The translations under genes were made by a program, and so were the position numbers. A DNA stretch of 64,000 nucleotides. It comes from an uncultured Alphaproteobacteria bacterium (GTDB lineage: Bacteria > Pseudomonadota > Alphaproteobacteria > RF32 > CAG-239). The stretch lies in contig CAKQRQ010000010.1 of NCBI GenBank assembly GCA_934271465.1, forward strand, positions 951 through 64,950. Reading direction: 5' to 3'. The notes under the pieces were generated by a model. The model was not told where the DNA came from. It ran no database searches and saw only the letters and a program-made list of their open reading frames with translations. Shown in pieces: positions 20,062 through 29,873 of this stretch (the first letter of the stretch is position 1; the number at the start of each line of letters is the position of its first letter).

Positions 20062-22209
20062 TTACTGAGTTGCCCTCGCCACATAAGACACTACTTTTGA
20101 AGCTTTCAATGAGGCAATAATATCCGTCAAATGCTTCAAATCTTTAACCTCAATATCAACAATTAGTTCAAAATAACCCATCGTGCGGTTGGTAATATTC
20201 AGGTTTGAAATATTGCCGCCGCTGCGCGCAATCATATTGGACAAATCACCCAAAGAACCTGGTTCATTGGCTAAAATCACTTTAATGCGTCCGACATGGA
20301 CGCCCTCCGTTGCCGCCTCGCCCCATGAAATATCCAGCCACCGCTCCGGCTCCGAAGCATATTTTTCCAAAGCCTTGCAATCAATAGAGTGAACGGCAAC
20401 GCCTTTGCCCGTTGTAACAATACCGACAATTCTGTCGCCTGGAATTGGATGGCAGCATCCGGCAAAATGAACAGCCATCCCCGGAATCAAGCCCTTAATT
20501 TCCAAAGGCTCGGGTTTGCGCTCTTTTTTAGGAGATTTGCCAAACCCCGGAACTTTAAACGACTTAACAACCTTGCCGAGTTTGGATTGTTTATAGCTTG
20601 GATAAACCGCCCGCATCACGTCAAACGCTGTCACAAGCCCCTCGCCCACTTTGGCATAAACATCTTCAACGGACTCCGCCTCAAAATTCGGCAACACGCC
20701 AATAATCCCCTTATCGCTGAATTCCAAATTTTCAGCTTTAAAGGTCCTCTCCAAAATCTGTTCGCCCAGCGTAATAAATTGCTCGCGCTTGTTGGAACGG
20801 ACATAACGTCTGATAGCCGCCTTAGCTTTCCCTGTCACGACAAACCTATCCCACTCGGGCGAGGGATGCTGCGCTTTTGAAGTCAAAATATCCACCTGAT
20901 CCCCGTTTTGCAAAATAGTTCTCAAAGGCTTAATTTCACCGTTAATTTTTGCGCCGACACAGGTATTGCCCACTTTGGAGTGAACCGCATAAGCAAAATC
21001 AACCGGCGTCGAGTTAACAGGCAGCCCGATTAAATCTCCTTTGGGTGTAAAGCAAAAAACCTGATCATTATACATCTCAAGCTTGGTATTTTCCAAAAAT
21101 TCCTCGGGATTGGACGCTTCCTCCAAAATCTCAAGCAATTCCTGAATCCATCTGAAATTTTTACCGACGACTTTTTCACCTTGTTTATAAGCCCAGTGAG
21201 CCGCCACACCTTTTTCATTGACTTCGTGCATTTCCTGTGTGCGGATTTGAATCTCAATGCGCGTATTTTCAGGACCGATAACCCCCGTATGCAAAGATTT
21301 GTATCCATTGGGTTTCGGAGTCGAGATATAATCCTTAAATCGGCGCGGCACCATGTGATATTTGCTGTGAATAATACCGAGTGCCTGATAACATGAGGCC
21401 ACATCATCAACAATAATTCTAAAGGCCATAATATCCGAAAGCTGTTCAAACGATGCATTTTTCTTCTGCATCTTACGCCAAATAGAATATGGCGATTTTT
21501 CCCGACCCGAAACACTAGCCTTCACGCCGCCATCTTTCATATCTTTTTCAAGCTGTTTGATAATCTTCGGCACCAGGTCGCTTCCTTGCTCTCTCAAAAA
21601 ATTCAAACGCGCCGTAATGGATTCATATGCCTCTTTATGCAATTCTTTAAAAGCAATCTCTTCCAATTCGGTTTTAATTTCCTGCATACCGATTCGTTCA
21701 GCCAGAGGTGCGTAAATATCCAAAGTCTCTCGGGCAATACGGGCGCGTTTTTCCGGTGGACAGAAATGAAGCGTGCGCATATTGTGCAGTCGGTCGGCCA
21801 ATTTAATCAACAGCACACGGATATCTTCGGACATCGCCAGCAAAAGCTTTCTGAAATTTTCGGCCTGTTTGGTGTCTTTTGACTTAAGCTCAATCATTGC
21901 CAATTTGGTCAACCCGTCCACAATCTGAGCGACCTGAGGCCCAAACAACTCCCTGATTTCTTCAACGGTTGCGTCCGTATCCTCAACCGTATCATGCAAA
22001 AGCCCTGCAATAATAGAGGTCGAATCAAGCTTAAATTTGGTCAAAATACCAGCAACCTCAACCGGATGCGAATAATACGGGTCGCCCGATGTCCTGAGCT
22101 GAGCGCCGTGCTTTTTCATCGCATAAACATAAGCCCTGTTCAGAGCGTCTTCATCAGCGTCCGGATCATACGATTTTACCAAATCAACAAGTTCATACTG
22201 TCTTAACAT
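20062..22209 (-). CDS. spoT: bifunctional (p)ppGpp synthetase/hydrolase SpoT/RelA family
   Basis: HD domain (HDTVEDT), synthetase domain, TGS and ACT C-terminal domains; 715 aa. Confidence 0.9.
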   Translation of the reverse strand: MLRQYELVDLVKSYDPDADEDALNRAYVYAMKKHGAQLRTSGDPYYSHPVEVAGILTKFKLDSTSIIAGLLHDTVEDTDATVEEIRELFGPQVAQIVDGLTKLAMIELKSKDTKQAENFRKLLLAMSEDIRVLLIKLADRLHNMRTLHFCPPEKRARIARETLDIYAPLAERIGMQEIKTELEEIAFKELHKEAYESITARLNFLREQGSDLVPKIIKQLEKDMKDGGVKASVSGREKSPYSIWRKMQKKNASFEQLSDIMAFRIIVDDVASCYQALGIIHSKYHMVPRRFKDYISTPKPNGYKSLHTGVIGPENTRIEIQIRTQEMHEVNEKGVAAHWAYKQGEKVVGKNFRWIQELLEILEEASNPEEFLENTKLEMYNDQVFCFTPKGDLIGLPVNSTPVDFAYAVHSKVGNTCVGAKINGEIKPLRTILQNGDQVDILTSKAQHPSPEWDRFVVTGKAKAAIRRYVRSNKREQFITLGEQILERTFKAENLEFSDKGIIGVLPNFEAESVEDVYAKVGEGLVTAFDVMRAVYPSYKQSKLGKVVKSFKVPGFGKSPKKERKPEPLEIKGLIPGMAVHFAGCCHPIPGDRIVGIVTTGKGVAVHSIDCKALEKYASEPERWLDISWGEAATEGVHVGRIKVILANEPGSLGDLSNMIARSGGNISNLNITNRTMGYFELIVDIEVKDLKHLTDIIASLKASKVVSYVARATQ

Positions 22210-22349
22210 TGTTTTCGCTTTGCATTGTCTAAAGTTTCAGTTATTTTAAGTTATACCCCTATATTGTTAAATTTCAGTTTAAAAAGATAAGAAAAAAGCG
22301 CCTTCCGAAACAAATTCGAAAAGCGCTTTTCAAAAGAATCTGGCAAATT

Positions 22350-22826
22350 CTATTCGTCAAAGTCCTCGTTGGCATCAAATCCGTCATCGCCCAAAGCCTC
22401 ATCATCAAGGGCATCATCTGTATCATCCAACGCGTCATCATCGCTGTCCATATCAAGCGCCTCGTCATCTGCGCCGTGAATCTGCATGGAATCCTCAATT
22501 TCACCCTGCGGCAAGACACCCGAAAATTGTTCATCCAAATCGGACAATTCTCTTTCGGCGGCCATAATCTCAAGCTCTTCTTCTTCAGGTTCAGCAACTT
22601 CAACATATTTCTGCAAGCCCATAACCAACGAACGTTGCAATTCTTCGATACTGACAGTTTCCTCGGCAATTTCGCGCAAAGCTACAACCGAATTTTTATC
22701 ATTATCGCGATCAACCGTCAGCGGAGCGCCGGCTTCAATATCTTTCGCCCTTTGAGCCGCAACCATCAACAATTCATAACGATTCGGAATTTTATCAATA
22801 CAATCTTCAACCGTAACACGAGCCAT
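22350..22826 (-). CDS. rpoZ: RNA polymerase omega subunit with long acidic C-terminal tail
   Basis: [30 protein letters not shown] is the RpoZ core; the tail is about 60 aa of D/E-rich repeats ([19 protein letters not shown]). Confidence 0.85.
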   Translation of the reverse strand: MARVTVEDCIDKIPNRYELLMVAAQRAKDIEAGAPLTVDRDNDKNSVVALREIAEETVSIEELQRSLVMGLQKYVEVAEPEEEELEIMAAERELSDLDEQFSGVLPQGEIEDSMQIHGADDEALDMDSDDDALDDTDDALDDEALGDDGFDANEDFDE

Positions 22827-22939
22827 CTCATTTTCCTTTGTAAAAAGACGTTAATTTATCGATTCGCAACAGGTATAACCCATTTTTATTTTCAAATGCA
22901 AGAAAAAAATTATTTTTTCATTACAAAACAATATGTTAA

Positions 22940-24193
22940 TCAAAAATTATGCACCGGAACGCCAAACAGATTAAAATCATGTCTAAAGAGCATATCATCA
23001 AATTCTTCCCGATTCTTTCGATAAGCCATCACATCACTCAAGGGCGCCTCATAGGCCTTAATAATCCCCTGCATAAGCGAAAAACGAATAATGCTGGTCA
23101 AAGGGCTCACGCCCAATAACTGCCCGTCATAAAGCCCCCTTTTAAACCCTCTCAAACTTGCCACGACATCAGACCTGATATTAGCCAGCCGATACGCCTT
23201 AATGGATTTGTCACAAGTATAAGCCCATTCATTCAATGTAAAGCCGGATTTTCCGACAATCATGGCCAACTCGCGCTCTTTCCCGACAAGCCTTGTTTTT
23301 TGAACCAATCGAGCACAAGGATTAACCAAATCAGCCAACCCTGTCGGAACAAACCTGCCCCGTTCATCCTGTTTTTCATACAAAGACAGCATTGTTCCGA
23401 CTCTGGCCAATAAAAAAGCATTATTGTCATTATTAGCCCAATCTTCAACCGCATCTACCGTCGAAATAAAAGCTTTAATATCAGCGGCTGTCAAAATCGT
23501 ATCTTTATCAGGATACAACGTCCTCAAATCCGTTTTATCAAACTTTGCCTCGGCCTTATACCCCGGCATATATTTCTCCGGCGCAACCAGTTTTTTCAAC
23601 ACCGCATAAAACTGCGGATCATATTTGACCTTGGGATGATAAGGCGTCATTTGGGGCATTTCTATTTTTTCCCGATACCCCGGCCAAGCTTCCGGCATCA
23701 ACAAAAAATAATAAGACGGCGATAAAAATTCCAAATTTTCCACATCTTTAAGCTGCGACGCAATTCGGGTCGGAAACTTATTTTTAGTCTCCTTAATCCC
23801 CGGCAAATTCAAAACCTTATCCGACATATTCGGCACTTCCCAAAGCGCCGGCCCGACATATTGATAATATTTTTTTGGCAGCATCGCCAAAAACTCAAGA
23901 TACAAATCCTCACTGACGCCTTTCATCCGTTTTTCCTGTGTTCCATAAGCCGCAAGGGTTGTATAAAATTCCTGATCAAAATCATCCAGCAAATCATAAA
24001 AGCTGCCGTATTTTTTATTATAGTCATCTTCCTTTAGCAGAAGAACTTCCAATTCCGCCAAGGTTGGAAGCTTATCTTTTTCCAAATCAATATCAAAATA
24101 TCCCGCAAAATCAGACACGCCTGCACGCACCGCAGAGCAAAGCAGTATAACAAATATCACTATCGGTAGGATCATTTTACCTTTCAAAAGCAC
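22940..24193 (-). CDS. secreted hypothetical protein
   Basis: Signal peptide MILPIVIFVILLCSAVRA; 417 aa, no recognised domain. Confidence 0.5.
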   Translation of the reverse strand: MLLKGKMILPIVIFVILLCSAVRAGVSDFAGYFDIDLEKDKLPTLAELEVLLLKEDDYNKKYGSFYDLLDDFDQEFYTTLAAYGTQEKRMKGVSEDLYLEFLAMLPKKYYQYVGPALWEVPNMSDKVLNLPGIKETKNKFPTRIASQLKDVENLEFLSPSYYFLLMPEAWPGYREKIEMPQMTPYHPKVKYDPQFYAVLKKLVAPEKYMPGYKAEAKFDKTDLRTLYPDKDTILTAADIKAFISTVDAVEDWANNDNNAFLLARVGTMLSLYEKQDERGRFVPTGLADLVNPCARLVQKTRLVGKERELAMIVGKSGFTLNEWAYTCDKSIKAYRLANIRSDVVASLRGFKRGLYDGQLLGVSPLTSIIRFSLMQGIIKAYEAPLSDVMAYRKNREEFDDMLFRHDFNLFGVPVHNF

Positions 24194-24313
24194 CTCCGTT
24201 TTCTTTTGAGGATAAAAGAAGATACTTTAAAAATATTTAAAAGAGGCTGGACTCTCGCAAAATATTCTCGTATGATATTTCATAATAGTTTATTACAGAT
24301 AAGGAGATTCAAA

Positions 24314-24877
24314 ATGGCTTGGACTGATGAAATGGTCGAAGAGCTTAAAAAGCTTTGGGCAGAAGGCGTCACAACGGGAGAAATCGGCCGTCGGCTCAAT
24401 ATTTCAAAAAACTCTATTGTCGGGAAAGTTCACCGCCTAGGGCTTTCGGGTCGTCCGTCCCCCATCAAGAAAAAAGGAGATGAACCGGAAAAAGCCCCTA
24501 AAGCCAAATCTTCCGTAAAAGAAAAAGAGCCCAAAAAAGCCTCACCGGCCAAAACCTCTCAGGAAAAACCTAAAGAAGTCCAGCCCAAACTGGCTCCAAA
24601 AACCGAGCCCAAAGTTGAAAAGGCCCCTGCTCAGGTCAAGGCAACGCATCTTGAAGAAGACGATATCAAACTAGCCAAAAGCATCAACCCGGAAACAGAA
24701 AGTGCTGCCGGCAAAAAACATATTTCTTTGACAGAACTTGATAACCACACCTGCCGCTGGCCGATTGGCGATCCCAAAGACGAAAACTTTCACTTCTGCG
24801 GCCGCAAAATTCGTTTAGGTCAAACCTATTGCGAAGAACACGCCGCAATTGCCTATGTCAAACCTGGGAAAAAATAA
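24314..24877 (+). CDS. gcrA: cell-cycle regulator GcrA
   Basis: MAWTDEMVEELKKLWAEGVTTGEIGRRL..VGKVHRLGLSGR N-terminal domain, Lys/Pro-rich linker, and C-terminal CRWPIGDP..FHFCG..YCEEHAAIAY; an alphaproteobacterial hallmark. Confidence 0.85.
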   Translation: MAWTDEMVEELKKLWAEGVTTGEIGRRLNISKNSIVGKVHRLGLSGRPSPIKKKGDEPEKAPKAKSSVKEKEPKKASPAKTSQEKPKEVQPKLAPKTEPKVEKAPAQVKATHLEEDDIKLAKSINPETESAAGKKHISLTELDNHTCRWPIGDPKDENFHFCGRKIRLGQTYCEEHAAIAYVKPGKK

Positions 24878-24947
24878 AATTGAGGCCGTTTTAAAAGCCA
24901 AAAGGCGGGAAGCTCAAAGCTTTCCGCCTTTTTTAATGCAACCGAAG

Positions 24948-25301
24948 TTAATCCCAGCAAATGGTCTTTTCTCCGGCTATTTCTCTAAGAATTCCCTTCC
25001 TCTCGCCGGATGTTACCTCTGTCCCGATTGGAACTCGAACATACTCAGGAATTGGATCTGGACAGATGTAGAGGAGTCTGGTTTCGACTTCCAATACAAA
25101 AACAAACCTGTCCCTGTTCTGAAGCATTGCTTTCAAAATCCAAATCGGACCGGAAGGAATGCCTTTCAGATTCGCCTTGCCCTTGATAGACACAAGTTCC
25201 GCACGTTGTTGGAATGAGGCTCCTTCCCATTTCTTATTTGAAGCCTTAGCTTTTTCCTGAATGGCTTGAGCAACCTGGCTCTGTTTTTCTTGGATTCTCA
25301 T
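24948..25301 (-). CDS. hypothetical protein
   Basis: 117-aa ORF, no recognised domain. Confidence 0.35.
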   Translation of the reverse strand: MRIQEKQSQVAQAIQEKAKASNKKWEGASFQQRAELVSIKGKANLKGIPSGPIWILKAMLQNRDRFVFVLEVETRLLYICPDPIPEYVRVPIGTEVTSGERKGILREIAGEKTICWD

Positions 25302-25460
25302 AAGAAAAAAATTTAAAAATTAAACATAAAAATAAACTAAAGATACCTTTTTATATCTCAATTTTAGACAAAAGTAAACAAAAAAATGCACTCTCTTTAA
25401 TTTTGATAATCAAAGATTATATCCTCAACAGATTAACTCTCAAACAAAGGATACTATCTC

Positions 25461-26672
25461 ATGAAAAAACAAGTTTTATCAGTCTGTTGTGCCCTCTTAG
25501 CACTGAACGTTGCCTCATCGGCCAAAGCCGAACAACGTGCCAGCGCTGAGGAACAGGTTCATCGTTCGGAAATTTACCGCCATTTTGACTTCACGGACTT
25601 AGGAAAAGACTACACGGCTTTCAAAGACTACCTCCAAAACACTTACGGCTTTGATTACTCGCTGACCGCTTCCTTTACCGGACAATACGGCGCCCCGAGC
25701 GGCCACAACACAGCGCTTCAAACCATTTTATATCCGGCCTTTACATGGAATATGTTCAATAACGACTACGGAAACGCCGTTCTGAACTTTGCCTACAACA
25801 TTGTGCGCTACACCGGCGCCAACTCCGAAACCATCGACAACAATATCGGCGTTGCCACCGCCATCAATGATTATGATGAATTGACAAACGAATTTCCCGA
25901 ACTCTATGTGTCTTACCAACTCCCCGGAAAATACGATTGGCTGACCATCGGCCTTGGTCAATATCCGTTCTACAATTTTGACGGAACGACCTATGACGCC
26001 AACCAGCAGGAAAACTTTATCAACTGGACATTTTCTCAAAACGCCTCCTCAACTTATCCCACTGCGGGGCTCGGATCTTATGTCCAGATAACCCCGTCAA
26101 AAACATGGAGCTTTGCCGCAGGTTTCCAAGACGCAACAAACGTTGACGGCAATCGAATTTCAACCTCGAATCTTGATGAAAAACACTTTGCCACCTTTGG
26201 CTATGTCGCCTATACACCTTACCTTGCCAATCTGGGCGCCGGACAATATTCGTTTATGTATTACAACCAGCCATGGGTCGAAGCCCAACCGCAAACAACA
26301 AACGGCTGGTCGTTTAATGCCAACCAAAACTTAGGCGACAAATGGGCTATTTTCGGACGCGTCAACGGAGTCTCCGGCGAACAGGCCGAAATCGACACCT
26401 CTTATCTGCTGGGCGTGGTTATGAATAACCCGTTTGAACGCAACTCGTTAGATCAAATCGGATTCGCTGCCGCACTCAACCATATCAATGAAGATGCCGT
26501 CGGATCGCCCACCTCGCACAATTACGAAAAAGTTTTGGAATCTTACATCACATTCGGCGTTTCAAAATGGATGGCAATTACCCCTGATGTTCAAGTCTAT
26601 TTTGATCCGGCTCTTAATCCAAAATCAGACACAGCCTTTGCATTTTCTTTGAGGGCGACGCTGTTCTTCTGA
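25461..26672 (+). CDS. outer-membrane beta-barrel porin (OprB/carbohydrate-porin-like)
   Basis: Signal peptide, alternating aromatic beta-strand pattern, and a C-terminal ...LRATLFF ending in Phe. Confidence 0.6.
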   Translation: MKKQVLSVCCALLALNVASSAKAEQRASAEEQVHRSEIYRHFDFTDLGKDYTAFKDYLQNTYGFDYSLTASFTGQYGAPSGHNTALQTILYPAFTWNMFNNDYGNAVLNFAYNIVRYTGANSETIDNNIGVATAINDYDELTNEFPELYVSYQLPGKYDWLTIGLGQYPFYNFDGTTYDANQQENFINWTFSQNASSTYPTAGLGSYVQITPSKTWSFAAGFQDATNVDGNRISTSNLDEKHFATFGYVAYTPYLANLGAGQYSFMYYNQPWVEAQPQTTNGWSFNANQNLGDKWAIFGRVNGVSGEQAEIDTSYLLGVVMNNPFERNSLDQIGFAAALNHINEDAVGSPTSHNYEKVLESYITFGVSKWMAITPDVQVYFDPALNPKSDTAFAFSLRATLFF

Positions 26673-26779
26673 AAAAAAGCAAAAAAACTGTATAAAACTG
26701 GTCAATTTTTAAAAGTTTAGCTTTACAAAAAAACGTTTGACGCGCTAAATTAGGGCTGACAAAAAACGAAACAAATCTG

Positions 26780-27313
26780 ATGGCTAAACTGATGAAAAAA
26801 TTGACCTTTTTTATAACAGCGTTCTTATTAAGCGCCTGTCAAACCACACCCCCTGAAGAACTCCCCGCAACTCTGCCTGAAGAAGTTCCCTCTCCCGTTT
26901 ATACGGGAACTCCTGTTGTTGGGGGAATTGAGCCGGCTTATATTATACCCTTCAAAATGCCTTTTCATGCTCGAATGGACACCGGCGCGGAAACCTCATC
27001 GCTTGATGCCAAAAACATCCGCCCGTTTGAACGTGATGGCGAAAAATGGGTCTCTTTTGATATCATCAACCGCAAAAACGGCGAAAAACACCATTACCAA
27101 AAACCGGTTAAACGCAAAACAAATATCGTGCGCACCGGCGAAAAAGAACGCCGTTATGTTGTCCACATGGACATCAAATTTGGCAAAGAAATCATCAACG
27201 CTGAGTTTACACTCAACGACCGCGATAAATTCGACTATCAGGTTTTAATCGGCCGCAACATCATCAACGGCCGCTTTATCATTGACCCGAGTTTAGAAAA
27301 CACCATGCACTAA
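26780..27313 (+). CDS. retropepsin-like aspartic peptidase (DUF785/'ATP-dependent zinc protease' family)
   Basis: Lipoprotein-like leader; ARMDTGAETSS Asp-Thr-Gly active-site motif; LIGRNIINGRFIIDP C-terminus. Confidence 0.7.
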   Translation: MAKLMKKLTFFITAFLLSACQTTPPEELPATLPEEVPSPVYTGTPVVGGIEPAYIIPFKMPFHARMDTGAETSSLDAKNIRPFERDGEKWVSFDIINRKNGEKHHYQKPVKRKTNIVRTGEKERRYVVHMDIKFGKEIINAEFTLNDRDKFDYQVLIGRNIINGRFIIDPSLENTMH

Positions 27314-27327
27314 AGGCCTGAACTAAA

Positions 27328-28848
27328 ATGAAAAACTTTTTTTCCGTCCGTTTGATTCTGACATTTTTCCTTATTCTGTCTCTGGCTTTTGCCGGATACA
27401 GCATTTTTTACAAAATCAAATATTGGGGATTCAGCATCTCTCCTCATCAAAACGCCAATGTTTGGGCTATTGAGGCTCACATCGGATTTACCGCCGACGG
27501 ATCCCCGATAAAAGTCAGCCTTGGCATTCCTCCTAAAAACAAAGGTTTCAAAATTTTGGAAGAAAACATCATTGCCAACGGATACAGGACTCAAAAACTG
27601 GCAGATAAGATTGTCTTCAGAGCGCGCAATATGATTGGCGAGCAGGATTTATATTACAAAATTATGGTTTTTGACAATACCATCGGCAAAGATAAACTTT
27701 GGGATAAAGCCCCTTCAAAACCCGAAAAGCCCCTATTGGATGAAAAACGTCTGGCTCAGGCCGAACAGATTTTGTCCTTATCGCAAAGACAAGCCGGAGC
27801 AGATAAAATCGCCAAGCTGATTACTTTTTTCAACCAAGAACCTCTTGATCCGGCGCTCAAATCTTATCTGCCTGTGCAATACAGCCCCAAAACAAAACTG
27901 GAAATGATGCAGGAACTTTTGGCGATTCGCGGCATCTCCACCCGAACGGCGCGCGGTCTAAAACTTGAAGAAGGTCAAAAAGTAACGCCTGATTTAATGA
28001 TGGAAGCCTATGTTGACGGCGCATGGCGGATTTATGACCCCGTCACGGCCGAACAAGGACTTCCGGAAAATTTCCTGCTCTTCCAACGCGGCGGAGATTC
28101 TTTGCTGGATGTTGAAGGCGGAACAGACTCTTTTGTTAAATTCTCTTTGCAAAAATCAATTACCTCGACCATGAATTTAGCCAGCCGCCGTGCCAAGTTG
28201 AGCACTAAAGCCGGCTGGTTCGACTATACGATTTACAATCTGCCTCTGGCTCAACAAAACACGCTCAAATGGCTCTCCATCTTTCCAATTGGCATTTTGA
28301 TTGTGGTTTTGATGCGAAACGTCATCGGCGTTCAAACTATGGGCACCTTTACCCCCATGCTGATTTCCATGGCTTTGGTCAAGACGGGTTTTGTCATAGG
28401 ATTAATCTGTTTTATCGCAATTATTATGCTTGGACTGTGTATCCGATTCGTCATGTCAAAATTCAACCTGCTGCTGGTTCCGAGAATCTCGGCTGTGGTC
28501 ATCTTTGTCATTTTGATTATTCATGCCATGACATTCTTAGGCTACAATTTTAACATCAAAGTTGCTCAAGCCTCGGTCTTTTTCCCGATTATCATTACCG
28601 CTTGGATTATTGAGCGCGCCTCCATCACATGGGAAGAAGACGGCCCATGGAACGCCGGAAAAGAGCTGTTTAACAGTCTGCTGGTCGGTATTATCGTTTA
28701 CTTTATCATCAGCAACGAATATATCCGCCATGTAATGTTTGTTTTCAACGAGCTTAATCTGGTCATTTTGTTCATTGTGATGCTTTTGGGCACTTACACG
28801 GGCTACCGTCTGACCGAACTCAAACGTTTTGCCCCGTTGGTCAAATAG
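27328..28848 (+). CDS. inactive-transglutaminase-like domain fused to 7TM membrane domain (UUP1 family)
   Basis: N-terminal TM segment, about 280-aa periplasmic domain, and C-terminal 7 predicted TM helices; conserved partner of the flanking peptidase and ATP-grasp genes. Confidence 0.6.
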   Translation: MKNFFSVRLILTFFLILSLAFAGYSIFYKIKYWGFSISPHQNANVWAIEAHIGFTADGSPIKVSLGIPPKNKGFKILEENIIANGYRTQKLADKIVFRARNMIGEQDLYYKIMVFDNTIGKDKLWDKAPSKPEKPLLDEKRLAQAEQILSLSQRQAGADKIAKLITFFNQEPLDPALKSYLPVQYSPKTKLEMMQELLAIRGISTRTARGLKLEEGQKVTPDLMMEAYVDGAWRIYDPVTAEQGLPENFLLFQRGGDSLLDVEGGTDSFVKFSLQKSITSTMNLASRRAKLSTKAGWFDYTIYNLPLAQQNTLKWLSIFPIGILIVVLMRNVIGVQTMGTFTPMLISMALVKTGFVIGLICFIAIIMLGLCIRFVMSKFNLLLVPRISAVVIFVILIIHAMTFLGYNFNIKVAQASVFFPIIITAWIIERASITWEEDGPWNAGKELFNSLLVGIIVYFIISNEYIRHVMFVFNELNLVILFIVMLLGTYTGYRLTELKRFAPLVK

Positions 28849-28857
28849 GGAGCCGCA

Positions 28858-29805
28858 ATGTTTAACCTGTTCAAAAACTTTGCTTCGCCGAAAAAATTAA
28901 GAGAAAAAGGCATTTTAGGAATGAATGCGCGCAATTACGATGTAATCTCGCATTACAATTCCCGCCGCCTTTACCCGTTGGTCGATGACAAAGTCCAGAC
29001 CAAAACGTTAGCCCTGAAAAACGGCGTTAAGACTCCTAACCTAATTGGTGTAATCGAACATCAATTTCAGGTCAAAAACATTTTGGAAATGGTCAAAGGC
29101 CGCACGGAATTTGTGGTTAAACCCTCGCACGGTTCGGGCGGAAAAGGCGTTCTGGTTATCAAAGGTTTTACCGAGGACAGCTTTACAATTCCCTCAGGCA
29201 GACAAATTTCTTATAATGACTTGTATCAACATATTTCAAATATCTTGAGCGGACTTTATTCTTTGGGCGGACAATATGACACGGCGCTTGTGGAAGAAGT
29301 CGTCCATTTTTCAGACATTTTCAAAGATTACAGCTATCAGGGCGTGCCTGATGTTCGTGTGATTGTCTACAAAGGTTTTCCGATTATGGCCATGACCCGC
29401 CTCTCCACGGCCGAATCCGGCGGACGAGCCAATCTACACCAAGGCGCGGTCGGCGTCGGGTTAGACATCAAAACAGGCAAAACAAAAAAAGCCGTTCAGC
29501 ACAACCGTCCGATTTTATATCACCCCGACACAAAAGCCGATTTGCGCAAAATTGAAGTTCCTTTGTGGAAAGAACACCTGTTGATTGCCGCCAAAGCCTA
29601 TGAAATGACCGGCTTGGGGTATTTTGGCGCGGATATCGTCCTTGATGCGCAAAAAGGCCCGATGATGCTTGAGCTCAACGCCCGCCCCGGTCTGGCCATT
29701 CAAATTGCCAATGGTCTCGGACTCAAAAAAGCTATCAAAAAAGTCGATAAATCTTTTCCTGAAGGTTTGTCGCCGGAAGAACGCGTTGAGTTTATTTTGG
29801 GCTGA
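28858..29805 (+). CDS. alpha-L-glutamate ligase-like ATP-grasp protein (RimK-related)
   Basis: ATP-grasp fold motifs (KPSHGSGGKGV, ...ELNARPGL). Confidence 0.7.
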   Translation: MFNLFKNFASPKKLREKGILGMNARNYDVISHYNSRRLYPLVDDKVQTKTLALKNGVKTPNLIGVIEHQFQVKNILEMVKGRTEFVVKPSHGSGGKGVLVIKGFTEDSFTIPSGRQISYNDLYQHISNILSGLYSLGGQYDTALVEEVVHFSDIFKDYSYQGVPDVRVIVYKGFPIMAMTRLSTAESGGRANLHQGAVGVGLDIKTGKTKKAVQHNRPILYHPDTKADLRKIEVPLWKEHLLIAAKAYEMTGLGYFGADIVLDAQKGPMMLELNARPGLAIQIANGLGLKKAIKKVDKSFPEGLSPEERVEFILG

Positions 29806-29873
29806 AATTTTGCATTTTGCGTTTTGAATACCTATATAAATAACAGAAAAAGTTATCCTAAGGAGAAAAAACA

